From: a virus
Lineage: Duplodnaviria; Caudoviricetes
Virus record (IMG/VR): IMGVR_UViG_3300002966_000052
Span: 1-30,113 of that record
Length of the DNA stretch: 30,113 nucleotides
Strand: one strand, 5' to 3'
The notes beneath the pieces are model-generated. The model was not told the DNA's origin, did not search any database, and worked only from the letters and a program-made list of their open reading frames with translations. The translations under genes and the position numbers were made by a program. Below, piece after piece: positions 16,825-25,073 of this stretch (its first letter is position 1; every line of letters begins with the position of its first letter).

Positions 16825-18915
16825 TTATTCAACTAATGGTGTGAAATCACATTCACAATTTGGATGAACTGGAATTTCATCCCTAATTTCATTTATTAAC
16901 CATTCTCTTTTTTCCATTTCCTGACAAATTTCACAAGGATTTGGTCCGAGCAACCACTCTGCTTTTTCAAATCCAAGTTCATCCCAAATAATTGCGTGCG
17001 ACTCTATTGTTGCTCTTGCTGTTTCCGTTCTTGCAATCATATCTGCCCTATAAGAACCAATTTCGCTAAAATAATCCTCAATATTATTTCCCAACTCATA
17101 TACTCCCAATCCCTGTTCTAATCCATCTTTTAAAAGAGCCGCCAAATCTTCAAATGTGGTATCTGTAATTTCTTCTGCATATTCTTTTGCTATTCTTTCT
17201 ACCCACCTTCTTGTTTGTGGTAAATTAATAATATCAATTATTTCTTCCCCCACTAATCTTGACGCATCTTCGGCACCAGCCATTAATGTTTGATAATAAA
17301 GTGGTTCAATTATTTTTATTGTTGCCCTAATCTCTCTTTGTTTTGGTGGCAAGATATTATTAACTAATGATTTTCTTCTTTTTAGCCTTTCGATAATTTT
17401 TTCTTTTTGTTTTTTAAATAATTTAGTAATTGCTTTTCGCCACTCCTCTTCCAGTATTCTTTTCTTTTTTGTTCGTGTTTCATAAAATTTTTCTTTTGCT
17501 TCTTGCGAAATTTGCTTTTTTTTTGAAATAATTAAAACCTTATTTGCCTTTCTTTTTTCTTTTATTTTGGTCTTTATTTTTTGTTCAAATTTTTGCTCTA
17601 TTTCTTTTTCAATTTTTCGCTGATTTAAATTTCTTGCCAAGATATTTTTTCTAATAGTCTTTTGTATTTTAAGATTTAACCCAGCCTTTGGTGTCTTAAC
17701 TTTTATTACTCTTTCACCTTTTGAACCCCCAACCGGCATTACATTAAATGACATATAAAGATAATCTCCACCGTCTACCTCTGGCAACCCAATCTCTTTT
17801 CTAATTTCATTAATCGTCATCCATCGATTAACTGCTTTATCATATCTTAATAATTGAATTTCTTTGTCTTCAAAAACTAACGGCTCAAAATCAAGCCAAA
17901 GATTTTCACCAAACTCTGGAACTATTTTTTTGTTTAATTGGCTAGTTATTTTTTTAAGTTTTGGCTCTAATGTGTATTTTGCAAAATTAATTTCTGCTTG
18001 CTCCATTGATGCCCTATTTACATTTGACTCTAATCCTAAAATTGATTTTGGCACACCGAAAGAAGAAAGTATTTTGTCTCTTATTTGGTCCCGTGAAGAA
18101 GAGAAATCTAATTCTTTTGGACTGTATCCCCTAGAATCAACTTCTGCCCCACCAGTCAAAACAAGAACTTTTTTGTATGCCCTATTAAATCCCTGATATT
18201 GTTGTCTAAACATTTCTTGCAGTTTTTCTTTTTGTTCTTCGGTCAATGGTTCTGGATATTTAATTATCATTGGTGGTCTTGCATCGTTTTCCATTAATCC
18301 AATATTCCAATCTGTCATATACATTTCAAGGTTAAGTGACTTTTTAATTGCCTCAAGTGGTGCATTGGCTTCAATAACTGGATTTTTCGGACTTGGATAT
18401 TTAAGGTCAATTATGTCTTCATTTTTATATTCAACTTTTTTATTACCAAAACTATATTCCCAAACTAATGGATAACCATTTTCATCAACTTTTTTTATTT
18501 TTAAGGATGGCGGCAGGGCTGGCCACAATTCATTTGGCTTTCCCGTGCTATCCCTAAAAATAACTAACGGCATTCTCCCATAAATTTCACCAAGAGTAAT
18601 TATCATTTCTTTAAAATCATATTCTGACATTATGGGATTTGGATTTTTTAAAAGGGCTAAAAGTTCGTGGTCTTCTATTTCAACAACCTCATTATTACTT
18701 TTTAATTCAAAAAGCCTCCAATCGCTATTTGCTATTCCTTGTGCAATTTTTGAAATGCAGGCATATCCCCAAGAAGTATAATATTCAAAATCCTCAAGTT
18801 CTCCCAACTGAAATCCCATTGTACCAACAGCATTTATTGATCCGTATGGCAAATCATTTTTTGCCTTAAAACTAATTGGTCTTCTTAAAAATGAAATAAT
18901 GTCTTTAAATGTCAT
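16825..18915 (-). CDS. HK97-family portal fused to a Mu gpF-like head morphogenesis domain
   Basis: YACISKIA, LLKNPNP, FGVP..LG, MTINEIR, GGD; C-terminal RADMIARTE, CEIC, PVHPNCEC. Confidence 0.92.
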   Translation of the reverse strand: MTFKDIISFLRRPISFKAKNDLPYGSINAVGTMGFQLGELEDFEYYTSWGYACISKIAQGIANSDWRLFELKSNNEVVEIEDHELLALLKNPNPIMSEYDFKEMIITLGEIYGRMPLVIFRDSTGKPNELWPALPPSLKIKKVDENGYPLVWEYSFGNKKVEYKNEDIIDLKYPSPKNPVIEANAPLEAIKKSLNLEMYMTDWNIGLMENDARPPMIIKYPEPLTEEQKEKLQEMFRQQYQGFNRAYKKVLVLTGGAEVDSRGYSPKELDFSSSRDQIRDKILSSFGVPKSILGLESNVNRASMEQAEINFAKYTLEPKLKKITSQLNKKIVPEFGENLWLDFEPLVFEDKEIQLLRYDKAVNRWMTINEIRKEIGLPEVDGGDYLYMSFNVMPVGGSKGERVIKVKTPKAGLNLKIQKTIRKNILARNLNQRKIEKEIEQKFEQKIKTKIKEKRKANKVLIISKKKQISQEAKEKFYETRTKKKRILEEEWRKAITKLFKKQKEKIIERLKRRKSLVNNILPPKQREIRATIKIIEPLYYQTLMAGAEDASRLVGEEIIDIINLPQTRRWVERIAKEYAEEITDTTFEDLAALLKDGLEQGLGVYELGNNIEDYFSEIGSYRADMIARTETARATIESHAIIWDELGFEKAEWLLGPNPCEICQEMEKREWLINEIRDEIPVHPNCECDFTPLVE

Positions 18916-18920
18916 ATAAT

Positions 18921-19024
18921 TAAAAATAGCCCACCATTCAAGTCAAATAATTGACTTCTGGGTGGGCTGTCGGGTGTTTCCCGAGTAGCTCGGTTTGCAT
19001 CAAAATGATGCCTGATTAAATTGT
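18921..19024 (-). promoter_or_regulatory. Structured 5' leader of the portal operon, possible attenuator
   Basis: Four predicted hairpins; the last is followed by AUUUUU just before the portal ATG. Confidence 0.6.
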
Positions 19025-19030
19025 TAATTC

Positions 19031-19058
19031 ATTATATTCATTTTAAATTTTTTGTCAA
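19031..19058 (-). promoter_or_regulatory. Consensus sigma70 promoter for structural genes
   Basis: TTGACA (19053-19058), 16 nt, TATAAT (19031-19036). Confidence 0.78.
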
Positions 19059-19061
19059 GAC

Positions 19062-19196
19062 CTAAATAATCATAATATCAATTTTTTCTTGGTAATGCTT
19101 TTTTTGAATTACTTCATATTCAATTCGATATTTATTTTGATAAATAATAATCTTGCAAGTTGGCAATTTTGAGAGTATTTCTTCTATCTCTTTCAT
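19062..19196 (-). CDS. Small hypothetical protein, 44 aa (not in ORF track)
   Basis: MKEIEEILSKLPTCKIIIYQNKYRIEYEVIQKKHYQEKIDIMII; TAATG coupling to the upstream gene. Confidence 0.55.
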   Translation of the reverse strand: MKEIEEILSKLPTCKIIIYQNKYRIEYEVIQKKHYQEKIDIMII

Positions 19197-19582
19197 TATT
19201 TCTCTTCTATGTTCAGCTGGGGTGTTTTTTTCCATTTTTCGTAAGAAAGAATTTTAAATGATTTTATTTTTTTTCCATTTAATCTTTTATGTCTATTAAG
19301 TGCGGTTAATTGTCTCTCTAATTTATCTCTCAACTCAACTGAGTATTTATCTTGAATTTCTTTTGCCATTATTTTTTTAGCAAATTTTTTCCCAAGCACT
19401 TTTACTAAATTTCCTTCTGGTGGCAACTCTATAAACTCAACTAAAAATGCTTTTTCTTTTTTGCCATTCGTCCATTCTATTTCTGCCGGAAGATAGCCCC
19501 ACAGAACTGGAGAGGTTATGCCAAATGCATTTTTTTTAAGTCCAACTGAAATGAGCAAATTTTCTCTAATTTCTTTTTTCAT
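19196..19582 (-). CDS. Hypothetical protein
   Basis: 128-aa ORF, ATGA overlap with terL. Confidence 0.7.
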   Translation of the reverse strand: MKKEIRENLLISVGLKKNAFGITSPVLWGYLPAEIEWTNGKKEKAFLVEFIELPPEGNLVKVLGKKFAKKIMAKEIQDKYSVELRDKLERQLTALNRHKRLNGKKIKSFKILSYEKWKKTPQLNIEEK

Positions 19583-20964
19583 ATAAAAAATGCAATATCT
19601 TCAACATTTACTTTAAAAGGAAGCCCCTCAATTGCCAAACAAAAAGCATCAGCCATATCATCGTGGCTCCCCCTTGGCAACGAAAGCAATTCTTGCCTAA
19701 ATATTTCTTGCATTGGATCATCTTTTTTTAAAAAGACCTTTCCATTTTCAAATAATGGTGCTAATTCAAATGTAAACTTTTCAATTTTATTTTTTGTCGT
19801 TTTAATTCCTTTTATATTTAATGCAGTATTTCTTTTTAGCATTTGAACTGTATCTGCCTGAAAAACATTTTCTTCAATTTTAATCACTTGCGGTCTATAA
19901 ACCTTGGCAAGCTCTACAATTTTTCTTAATCTTATTGGAAAGTCAATTCTGTCCCTAAAAACATTTATAATATAAATATTTTGCTGACGGTCAACTCCAA
20001 CTGTAATGCCTGCAGTATAGTCTCCCTGGTCTATATCCTTTCCAACAGACAAATCCCAACCAGAATAAATTGTTAAATCCTTGGGGAGTTCACTATAATA
20101 CTTAATCCATTCTGGCTTAATAATTTCTCCCAAAAGATTAATTGGCAGGTTTCTATATTCTTTTAAAAACCATTTTTCACCAAAAACAGAAGTAATTTCT
20201 TTTTTCTTTTTCATTAATTCTTTCCAACTCCATTTTTGAGGAAATAGCGTTATCTTTTTTTCTTCATCCACAATGGCGTCATATGTTTTTGAAATTGAAT
20301 CTTCTCCTAAGTCAACTGAATAAATATCGTCTTCTCTTTGCATTGTCCCAATTATAACTATTTGCGTATGGGGTTCTGCCATTGGAAGAATTTCACTAAC
20401 TAACCTTTCTTTTGCTTTTTTATTCTGCTCATCTGAATAAATAACCTGCACATCAACCACATCGTCAAGAATAATATAATCAGGATGGCCACCCCTCATC
20501 TTACTCATATATCCCTGAACATAGATTCTGCTATCATTCCCAAACCTTATCTCTGTTTTATTATCAATGTCTGCTCCCCTTAATAATTTTTCAAATGGTG
20601 GAAGTTTAGCAAATTTTTTAACATTATTTAGTTTTTCAATTGCTAATGCATCAGAACCAGTAAAATATCTTATTTCAATATCTGGATAAAAACTACACAA
20701 TTGCAATGCCCTTGCCTCAAAAAAGAAAAATGTTTTTAAGTGGTCCCGTGGGGCTTTAATGTTTATTTTTTTATAATTAAGCAAAATTTCATTCCATTCA
20801 TTGTGAAGTTCTCCAAGTTTCCAATTATTTGCTATTGCTTTCGGATAATTCTTGTAAATCTTGTCCTCTATCATCAGTGGAAGATCTAATTGATAGACTA
20901 TCTCCATCGCCTGCTCTTGCGTTAAGTTCTCTAACAAGTGAGATATATTTTTTTCTTGTTTCAT
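19579..20964 (-). CDS. terL: Terminase large subunit
   Basis: Walker A APRDHLKT, Walker B YIILDD, IIGT, RNase H-like GWDLS, DYTA, HDDMADA. Start uncertain because it overlaps terS. Confidence 0.95.
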   Translation of the reverse strand: MKQEKNISHLLENLTQEQAMEIVYQLDLPLMIEDKIYKNYPKAIANNWKLGELHNEWNEILLNYKKINIKAPRDHLKTFFFFEARALQLCSFYPDIEIRYFTGSDALAIEKLNNVKKFAKLPPFEKLLRGADIDNKTEIRFGNDSRIYVQGYMSKMRGGHPDYIILDDVVDVQVIYSDEQNKKAKERLVSEILPMAEPHTQIVIIGTMQREDDIYSVDLGEDSISKTYDAIVDEEKKITLFPQKWSWKELMKKKKEITSVFGEKWFLKEYRNLPINLLGEIIKPEWIKYYSELPKDLTIYSGWDLSVGKDIDQGDYTAGITVGVDRQQNIYIINVFRDRIDFPIRLRKIVELAKVYRPQVIKIEENVFQADTVQMLKRNTALNIKGIKTTKNKIEKFTFELAPLFENGKVFLKKDDPMQEIFRQELLSLPRGSHDDMADAFCLAIEGLPFKVNVEDIAFFI

Positions 20965-21289
20965 TGTCGGCTTTTTTTAGAAGATTAGCTAAAAATAAAA
21001 TGTTTATATTTTGCTGTTGGCCCCCTTCAATATCAATTGTTTCTTTTGGTTTACCATACAATCTATCAAGCAAATCTTTGTAAAATGAATAATTTCCAGT
21101 CATCCCCTCTTTAATACCTCTTTTTACTAATTGTATTTGAATTGCATCTGGATCTTTTCCTAAATTAAGAGCCTCAGCGACCTCTTTTGCCGCTTCACGA
21201 AAAATGGTCTTAAAGCTTCTTGCTCCTTTCGGCTTACCGGGGTTTCCTTTTTTAAATTGATGTTCTTTTGGGGGTTGTTTATATGGCAT
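20825..21289 (-). CDS. terS: Terminase small subunit (DUF5681-like)
   Basis: QFKKGNPGKPKG and LLDRLYGKP motifs; upstream of terL. Confidence 0.8.
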   Translation of the reverse strand: MPYKQPPKEHQFKKGNPGKPKGARSFKTIFREAAKEVAEALNLGKDPDAIQIQLVKRGIKEGMTGNYSFYKDLLDRLYGKPKETIDIEGGQQQNINILFLANLLKKADNETRKKYISLVRELNARAGDGDSLSIRSSTDDRGQDLQELSESNSK

Positions 21290-21311
21290 ATTTCCGTAAA
21301 ATTCCCGTAAA

Positions 21312-21891
21312 TTATAATTTTTTAGCTTTTTTACCCGTAAAGGCCTCCCACCTATCTATTATAACCTGAACATATAATGGCTCTAATTCCATACCATAGC
21401 ATATTCTATTTGTCTTTTCGCAAGCAATTAAAGTCGAGCCTGAACCTAAAAATAAATCTAAAACTATTTCTTCTCTTTTAGATGAATTTAATATTGCTTT
21501 TTCTATTAATTCAATAGGTTTCATAGTAGGATGTAAATCTGATTCCACAGGCTTATCTACTTCCCAAACTGATTGCTGTTTATTACCATAAAATTTATGC
21601 TTGCCATACCAACAATATATAATTAGCTCGTGTTTAGGTAAATAATCTAATCTACCTAAAACTATATTATTTTTTAACCAAACAAGTATTTGCGATAAAT
21701 AAAAATCATTATCTTTAAGAGAATTCAATAAAACAATTAAATCTTTATCTGAAAAAGTTATATAAACAGATACGAGGATTTCCATCAAATAATTTTAAAT
21801 CTTTTATTTTTCTTTTTTCTGTTTTCCAAGTTAAATCCATAATTTTACTTTTTAATTCTTCTTCGTGTCCACATCTACAAATAATTTTCAT
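21312..21891 (-). pseudogene. Internally deleted, frameshifted ParB-like/DNA N4-N6 methyltransferase
   Basis: Frame 21745..21891 has WKTEKRKIKDLKLFDGNPR then stops. Frame 21312..21788 has HPTMKP and DLFLGSGST but no DPPY. Confidence 0.78.
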
Positions 21892-21915
21892 AATTAGCCC
21901 GCCCTCATTACACTC

Positions 21916-22005
21916 TCACCATTGTTTCGAATTGACTAATCCAAACTTTTTAATACTATCGGTTAAATTCTTAATTGCTTCTTTGGTTGGTTTGTATTTT
22001 TTCAT
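21916..22005 (-). CDS. 29-aa ORF, possible ParB-like fragment
   Basis: MKKYKPTKEAIKNLTDSIKKFGLVNSKQW; leader AAGGGTCG at 22025-22032. Confidence 0.45.
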   Translation of the reverse strand: MKKYKPTKEAIKNLTDSIKKFGLVNSKQW

Positions 22006-22033
22006 AATTCTTTAATTATTTTTCCGACCCTTT

Positions 22034-22210
22034 TTATTTTTCATCTTTCACTTCAAAACATTTAACACATTGAAACCCAAATTCTCCTTCGCCCAATTCC
22101 ACCTCCTGCCACTCGTGATTACAATTTTTAACCTTTTCCAATTCACGTTCTAACTCTTCCAATTCTTGCCGTTTCTTTTGTATTTCTTCTTTAAGTTTTT
22201 CTTCTTTCAT
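22034..22210 (-). CDS. Small coiled-coil plus CxH...CxxC protein, 58 aa (not in ORF track)
   Basis: MKEEKLKEEIQKKRQELEELERELEKVKNCNHEW...FQCVKCFEVKDEK. Confidence 0.7.
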   Translation of the reverse strand: MKEEKLKEEIQKKRQELEELERELEKVKNCNHEWQEVELGEGEFGFQCVKCFEVKDEK

Positions 22211-22239
22211 ATATTTTGAATTGAGAATTAAAATGTGGT

Positions 22240-22310
22240 CGGGAGCAACCAGATACCCATTCGTTAATCGCTGTTAACGATTAATGGGAGGTCGTCGCCG
22301 GTTGCCCCCG
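22240..22310 (-). ncRNA. Candidate structured intergenic RNA element
   Basis: 13-bp basal stem that is complete only on the minus strand (G-U pairs), with nested inner stems. Confidence 0.5.
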
Positions 22311-22315
22311 TTAAA

Positions 22316-22534
22316 CTAATCTGTGCCTTCGCACTTGTTAAGGTAATAACCGCAACAAATGGCGATGGCAACTATCGTGTCTTCCAAGAGTTCGCCAAGA
22401 ACCCGAAGGGCGTGACAGTAGATTGCCATCAACTCTGGGTCGTTGCTTTTTGCTTCCATCATCAGGTCCCGGAGAACATCTTGAGACAACGCTATAAGGG
22501 TGATAAGTTCTTTCATTGCCAGTTCATCATTCAT
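22316..22534 (-). CDS. Hypothetical helical protein
   Basis: SD AGGAGG at 22541-22546, 6 nt before ATG 22534. Confidence 0.65.
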   Translation of the reverse strand: MNDELAMKELITLIALSQDVLRDLMMEAKSNDPELMAIYCHALRVLGELLEDTIVAIAICCGYYLNKCEGTD

Positions 22535-22808
22535 CTTCTTCCTCCTCATCTTCCCAGTTTTTATTATCTGGAAACAGGTAATACCATTTTCTTGCCCAGC
22601 CGTTTGATAGAACCCAATCCCAGAACTTGATTTTGGTTAACTCGTTATCAATAATTGCTATGTAATCTTCAATCGCTGACAAGAGTTCTTTTGTAATCTC
22701 TTGGGATTTGGGGTGTAAAGCCGCTGGGACATTTTCCGCTTCCACCATTTGCTTGAGTTGCCTGAGACAAGTAAGCAGAAACTCATAGTATTGTATTGTC
22801 GGTCGCAC
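22527..22808 (-). CDS. Hypothetical helical protein
   Basis: GTG start with SD GAGGTGA at 22815-22821. Confidence 0.7.
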   Translation of the reverse strand: MRPTIQYYEFLLTCLRQLKQMVEAENVPAALHPKSQEITKELLSAIEDYIAIIDNELTKIKFWDWVLSNGWARKWYYLFPDNKNWEDEEEEDE

Positions 22809-22821
22809 TTTTTATCACCTC

Positions 22822-23004
22822 TCATTTTTTCTCCTTTTTCTCAATGAGCGGATATCCACACTGATTGCAAAAAAGAATATATATCGTTTGTCCTGTTGGT
22901 GTCATTGCTTTCAAAATTGAAAGAGGATTTTGACACCTTTCGCACTTTATGTTCCTTGCCATTGAGAAACTACTCATTATCTCGTGGTTTTTCTTATTAG
23001 TCAT
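22822..23004 (-). CDS. Zinc-ribbon protein
   Basis: CERC...CNQC; SD GGGAGGTG at 23011-23018 before ATG 23004. Confidence 0.7.
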   Translation of the reverse strand: MTNKKNHEIMSSFSMARNIKCERCQNPLSILKAMTPTGQTIYILFCNQCGYPLIEKKEKK

Positions 23005-23138
23005 TTTTTCCACCTCCCTATTTCTTTTAGAATTTTCTTGAATTTTTTGTATTGGCGATAATTTTTTATCCCATTAACAATATTATAAACCATAAGTGGG
23101 ATAAAAACAATAGCCAACAATATTAAGTCTTTTTTCAC
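23001..23138 (-). CDS. Small single-TM protein, 45 aa (not in ORF track)
   Basis: MKKDLILLAIVFIPLMVYNIVNGIKNYRQYKKFKKILKEIGRWKK; SD-like GGGGGGTGA; ATGA coupling. Confidence 0.65.
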   Translation of the reverse strand: MKKDLILLAIVFIPLMVYNIVNGIKNYRQYKKFKKILKEIGRWKK

Positions 23139-23154
23139 TTTAATCACCCCCCTT

Positions 23155-23391
23155 TTAAAGAACTGTATTTAAAAACTCTATTATCTTTTCTGCCAATTCT
23201 TCTGCCCATTCTGGATTTATCCGCCAGAAAAACGGCTCTTTTTCTTCAATAATGAAACAACTTCCTCTTTTCTTATCGTATTTGCCATAAGGCAACCAAT
23301 ATTCAGTATTAGCAAGAATAAGTTTTTTTAATTTTTCTTTTATTAATAATTGTTTTTTATTTTTCATTTCAACTTTAACAACTTTTGGCAT
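23155..23391 (-). CDS. Hypothetical protein
   Basis: 78-aa ORF, tightly packed with neighbours. Confidence 0.6.
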   Translation of the reverse strand: MPKVVKVEMKNKKQLLIKEKLKKLILANTEYWLPYGKYDKKRGSCFIIEEKEPFFWRINPEWAEELAEKIIEFLNTVL

Positions 23392-23392
23392 A

Positions 23393-23731
23393 TTATTTAT
23401 TTAAATCTTTTAAAAAATTTTTGACATCATTAACATTATATGTTCTATCATCTATCGCAATATCGCAACTTGTTTTATTGTTAGAAATTGCTTGAAATGG
23501 TATGTCGTGTTTTCGCAGCCACTTAACGGTTGCTGATAAAAGATGGTCTTTTCTTGCCGTCCAAATTACAACAAAGTGGTCTCTTGCAATTTCTCTTTCA
23601 AGTTCAATCATTTTTTTATTGGGTATGGCATTTAAACATTCTTTTTCTGTCCAACAGGTATTTTTGGTAAGCGTGCCATCAAGGTCAAATAATACTACTT
23701 TAATTGCATTTCTTTTTCTTTTTTTTCTCAT
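23393..23731 (-). CDS. Capless HAD-superfamily phosphatase
   Basis: FDLDGTL, WTAR, K, IDDR motifs; start set at ATG 23731. Confidence 0.85.
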   Translation of the reverse strand: MRKKRKRNAIKVVLFDLDGTLTKNTCWTEKECLNAIPNKKMIELEREIARDHFVVIWTARKDHLLSATVKWLRKHDIPFQAISNNKTSCDIAIDDRTYNVNDVKNFLKDLNK

Positions 23732-23759
23732 AATTGTAATTTTTGACAATAATTATTGT

Positions 23760-23794
23760 AAAAACTGGTAGGGGAGCAGGCGAGCCCGCTCCCC
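23760..23794 (-). terminator. Probable intrinsic terminator
   Basis: GGGGAGCGGG-CUCG-CCUGCUCCCC followed by UACCAGUUUUU. Confidence 0.65.
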
Positions 23795-23804
23795 ATAAAA
23801 TGTG

Positions 23805-24662
23805 CTATTGTGAAGCGTGAATATCAAACTTGTCAGCGAATAACTTAAACTTTGGCGAACCCTTACGTCCAAGTCCCATTCCACCCTCTTGGGCATAAGA
23901 GTCATCGTAGCCAAGATAGTGTCCAGTTAAACAGATAAATCTCTTTGGTTGAACAACCTTTTTGCGTTTTGCTGATACATCCATAAAATCTCTCTCTACT
24001 ACAACATTTTCGTGAACGTGTCCCATTGCTACGATATGGGCATTTGGTGCAACATTCTGTGCTATATCACTTACTGCTTTAACTTTTGTCCAGAGCATTC
24101 TTGCTCCCGACTTGCCGTGTAGGGCGTAAATCTTATAAGATTGATTACCGACATAAAACAAATTCCACATTGCTCCGCCAAGATATGGAATTCGCAATAT
24201 GCGGCAGATAATCTTTGCTGGGTCCATACCAGTGGTTTTTAAAATTCTGTTCTCGTGATTGCCACGATATAGTCCCAGCACAAGACCTGCTTCTGATAAC
24301 GGCAAAAGGAGTTCAATAATCCTTTCTATTTGGCTCTGGGGGTCAAGAATTTGTTTGAAAACGGAATCGCCCACAGAGTCTCTTGTTCCTGCCTCCATCA
24401 GGTCTCCCATTAAAAGCAAATAAATGCGATGAGAAAGGCAGTAATCAAGGTTCTCTTTAAGGTCATCAAAAAGACAGGTTGGATAGCCAAGATGCCAATC
24501 TCCGCAAAAAAGCAATTCAGCATAATTCTTTCCCCTTTTAACCTCAAGCCTTCTCTTGTTTAGTCTTATTGGGCGACCTATCAACTTATCCATTCCTTCG
24601 TAAGCCTGAAGTGCATCCTTCACTATCACGCTCACCACCTCCTTCGATTTTGGTTTTGTCAT
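23805..24662 (-). CDS. Calcineurin-like metallophosphoesterase
   Basis: GDWH, GDLME, GNHE, HG, GHVH. SD AAGGAGGTG at 24636-24644 suggests a GTG start at 24629. Confidence 0.9.
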   Translation of the reverse strand: MTKPKSKEVVSVIVKDALQAYEGMDKLIGRPIRLNKRRLEVKRGKNYAELLFCGDWHLGYPTCLFDDLKENLDYCLSHRIYLLLMGDLMEAGTRDSVGDSVFKQILDPQSQIERIIELLLPLSEAGLVLGLYRGNHENRILKTTGMDPAKIICRILRIPYLGGAMWNLFYVGNQSYKIYALHGKSGARMLWTKVKAVSDIAQNVAPNAHIVAMGHVHENVVVERDFMDVSAKRKKVVQPKRFICLTGHYLGYDDSYAQEGGMGLGRKGSPKFKLFADKFDIHASQ

Positions 24663-24731
24663 ATAAAGAACTATGCTTCCACTGAAAATATATTATTTTT
24701 CAGTGAAGGCAAATTTTTAATTGTGGGACTT

Positions 24732-25073
24732 TTATTTTTCATTTTTTAATTGGTTAATGGCTTCTTGAATTTTTTGGTTGATTTCTTCTACGGCTTGATT
24801 ATATCCACTTTCTATAAATCCATAAACCCCAAAATCGTCTTGTTTTTCTATCTTCAATCTTTCCAATATCTCAATAAACTTCTGGCGCTCTTTGGCTTTC
24901 TCTTGGCGGATAAAATCCCTTAAATCTTTTAAAAAATCAGCCCCAGCCATTCCAACAAAAGGAGAATTACCAAACCAAAACTCTCTCAATTTTTGGGTTA
25001 ATTCATCATCGCCCTCAATAAATTCGGCTTTTAAATTATCTTTTAATTCTTTTTCCCAATTTTCTTTATTCAT
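24732..25073 (-). CDS. Hypothetical phage protein
   Basis: 113-aa ORF with GYNQAVEEI motif. Confidence 0.65.
   Translation of the reverse strand: MNKENWEKELKDNLKAEFIEGDDELTQKLREFWFGNSPFVGMAGADFLKDLRDFIRQEKAKERQKFIEILERLKIEKQDDFGVYGFIESGYNQAVEEINQKIQEAINQLKNEK

Noticed and set aside
16800-16832. Longest-ORF starts in the track (16832, also 3178, 5158, 10883, 22549, 23013)
   Set aside because: Downstream ATGs fit the leader motif or SD and, in most cases, avoid overlap with the upstream gene.
18970-19000. c-di-GMP-I riboswitch resemblance (GCAAACC...GGGA)
   Set aside because: Lacks the GNRA tetraloop/receptor and GCAAAGC elements; kept only as an unclassified leader.
20825-20964. 140-nt terS/terL overlap as a recoding event
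   Set aside because: Such overlaps are common and terL may start at a later ATG; no evidence of a fusion.
21312-21788. Intact DNA methyltransferase
   Set aside because: Catalytic DPPY motif is absent and the N-terminus is in another frame.
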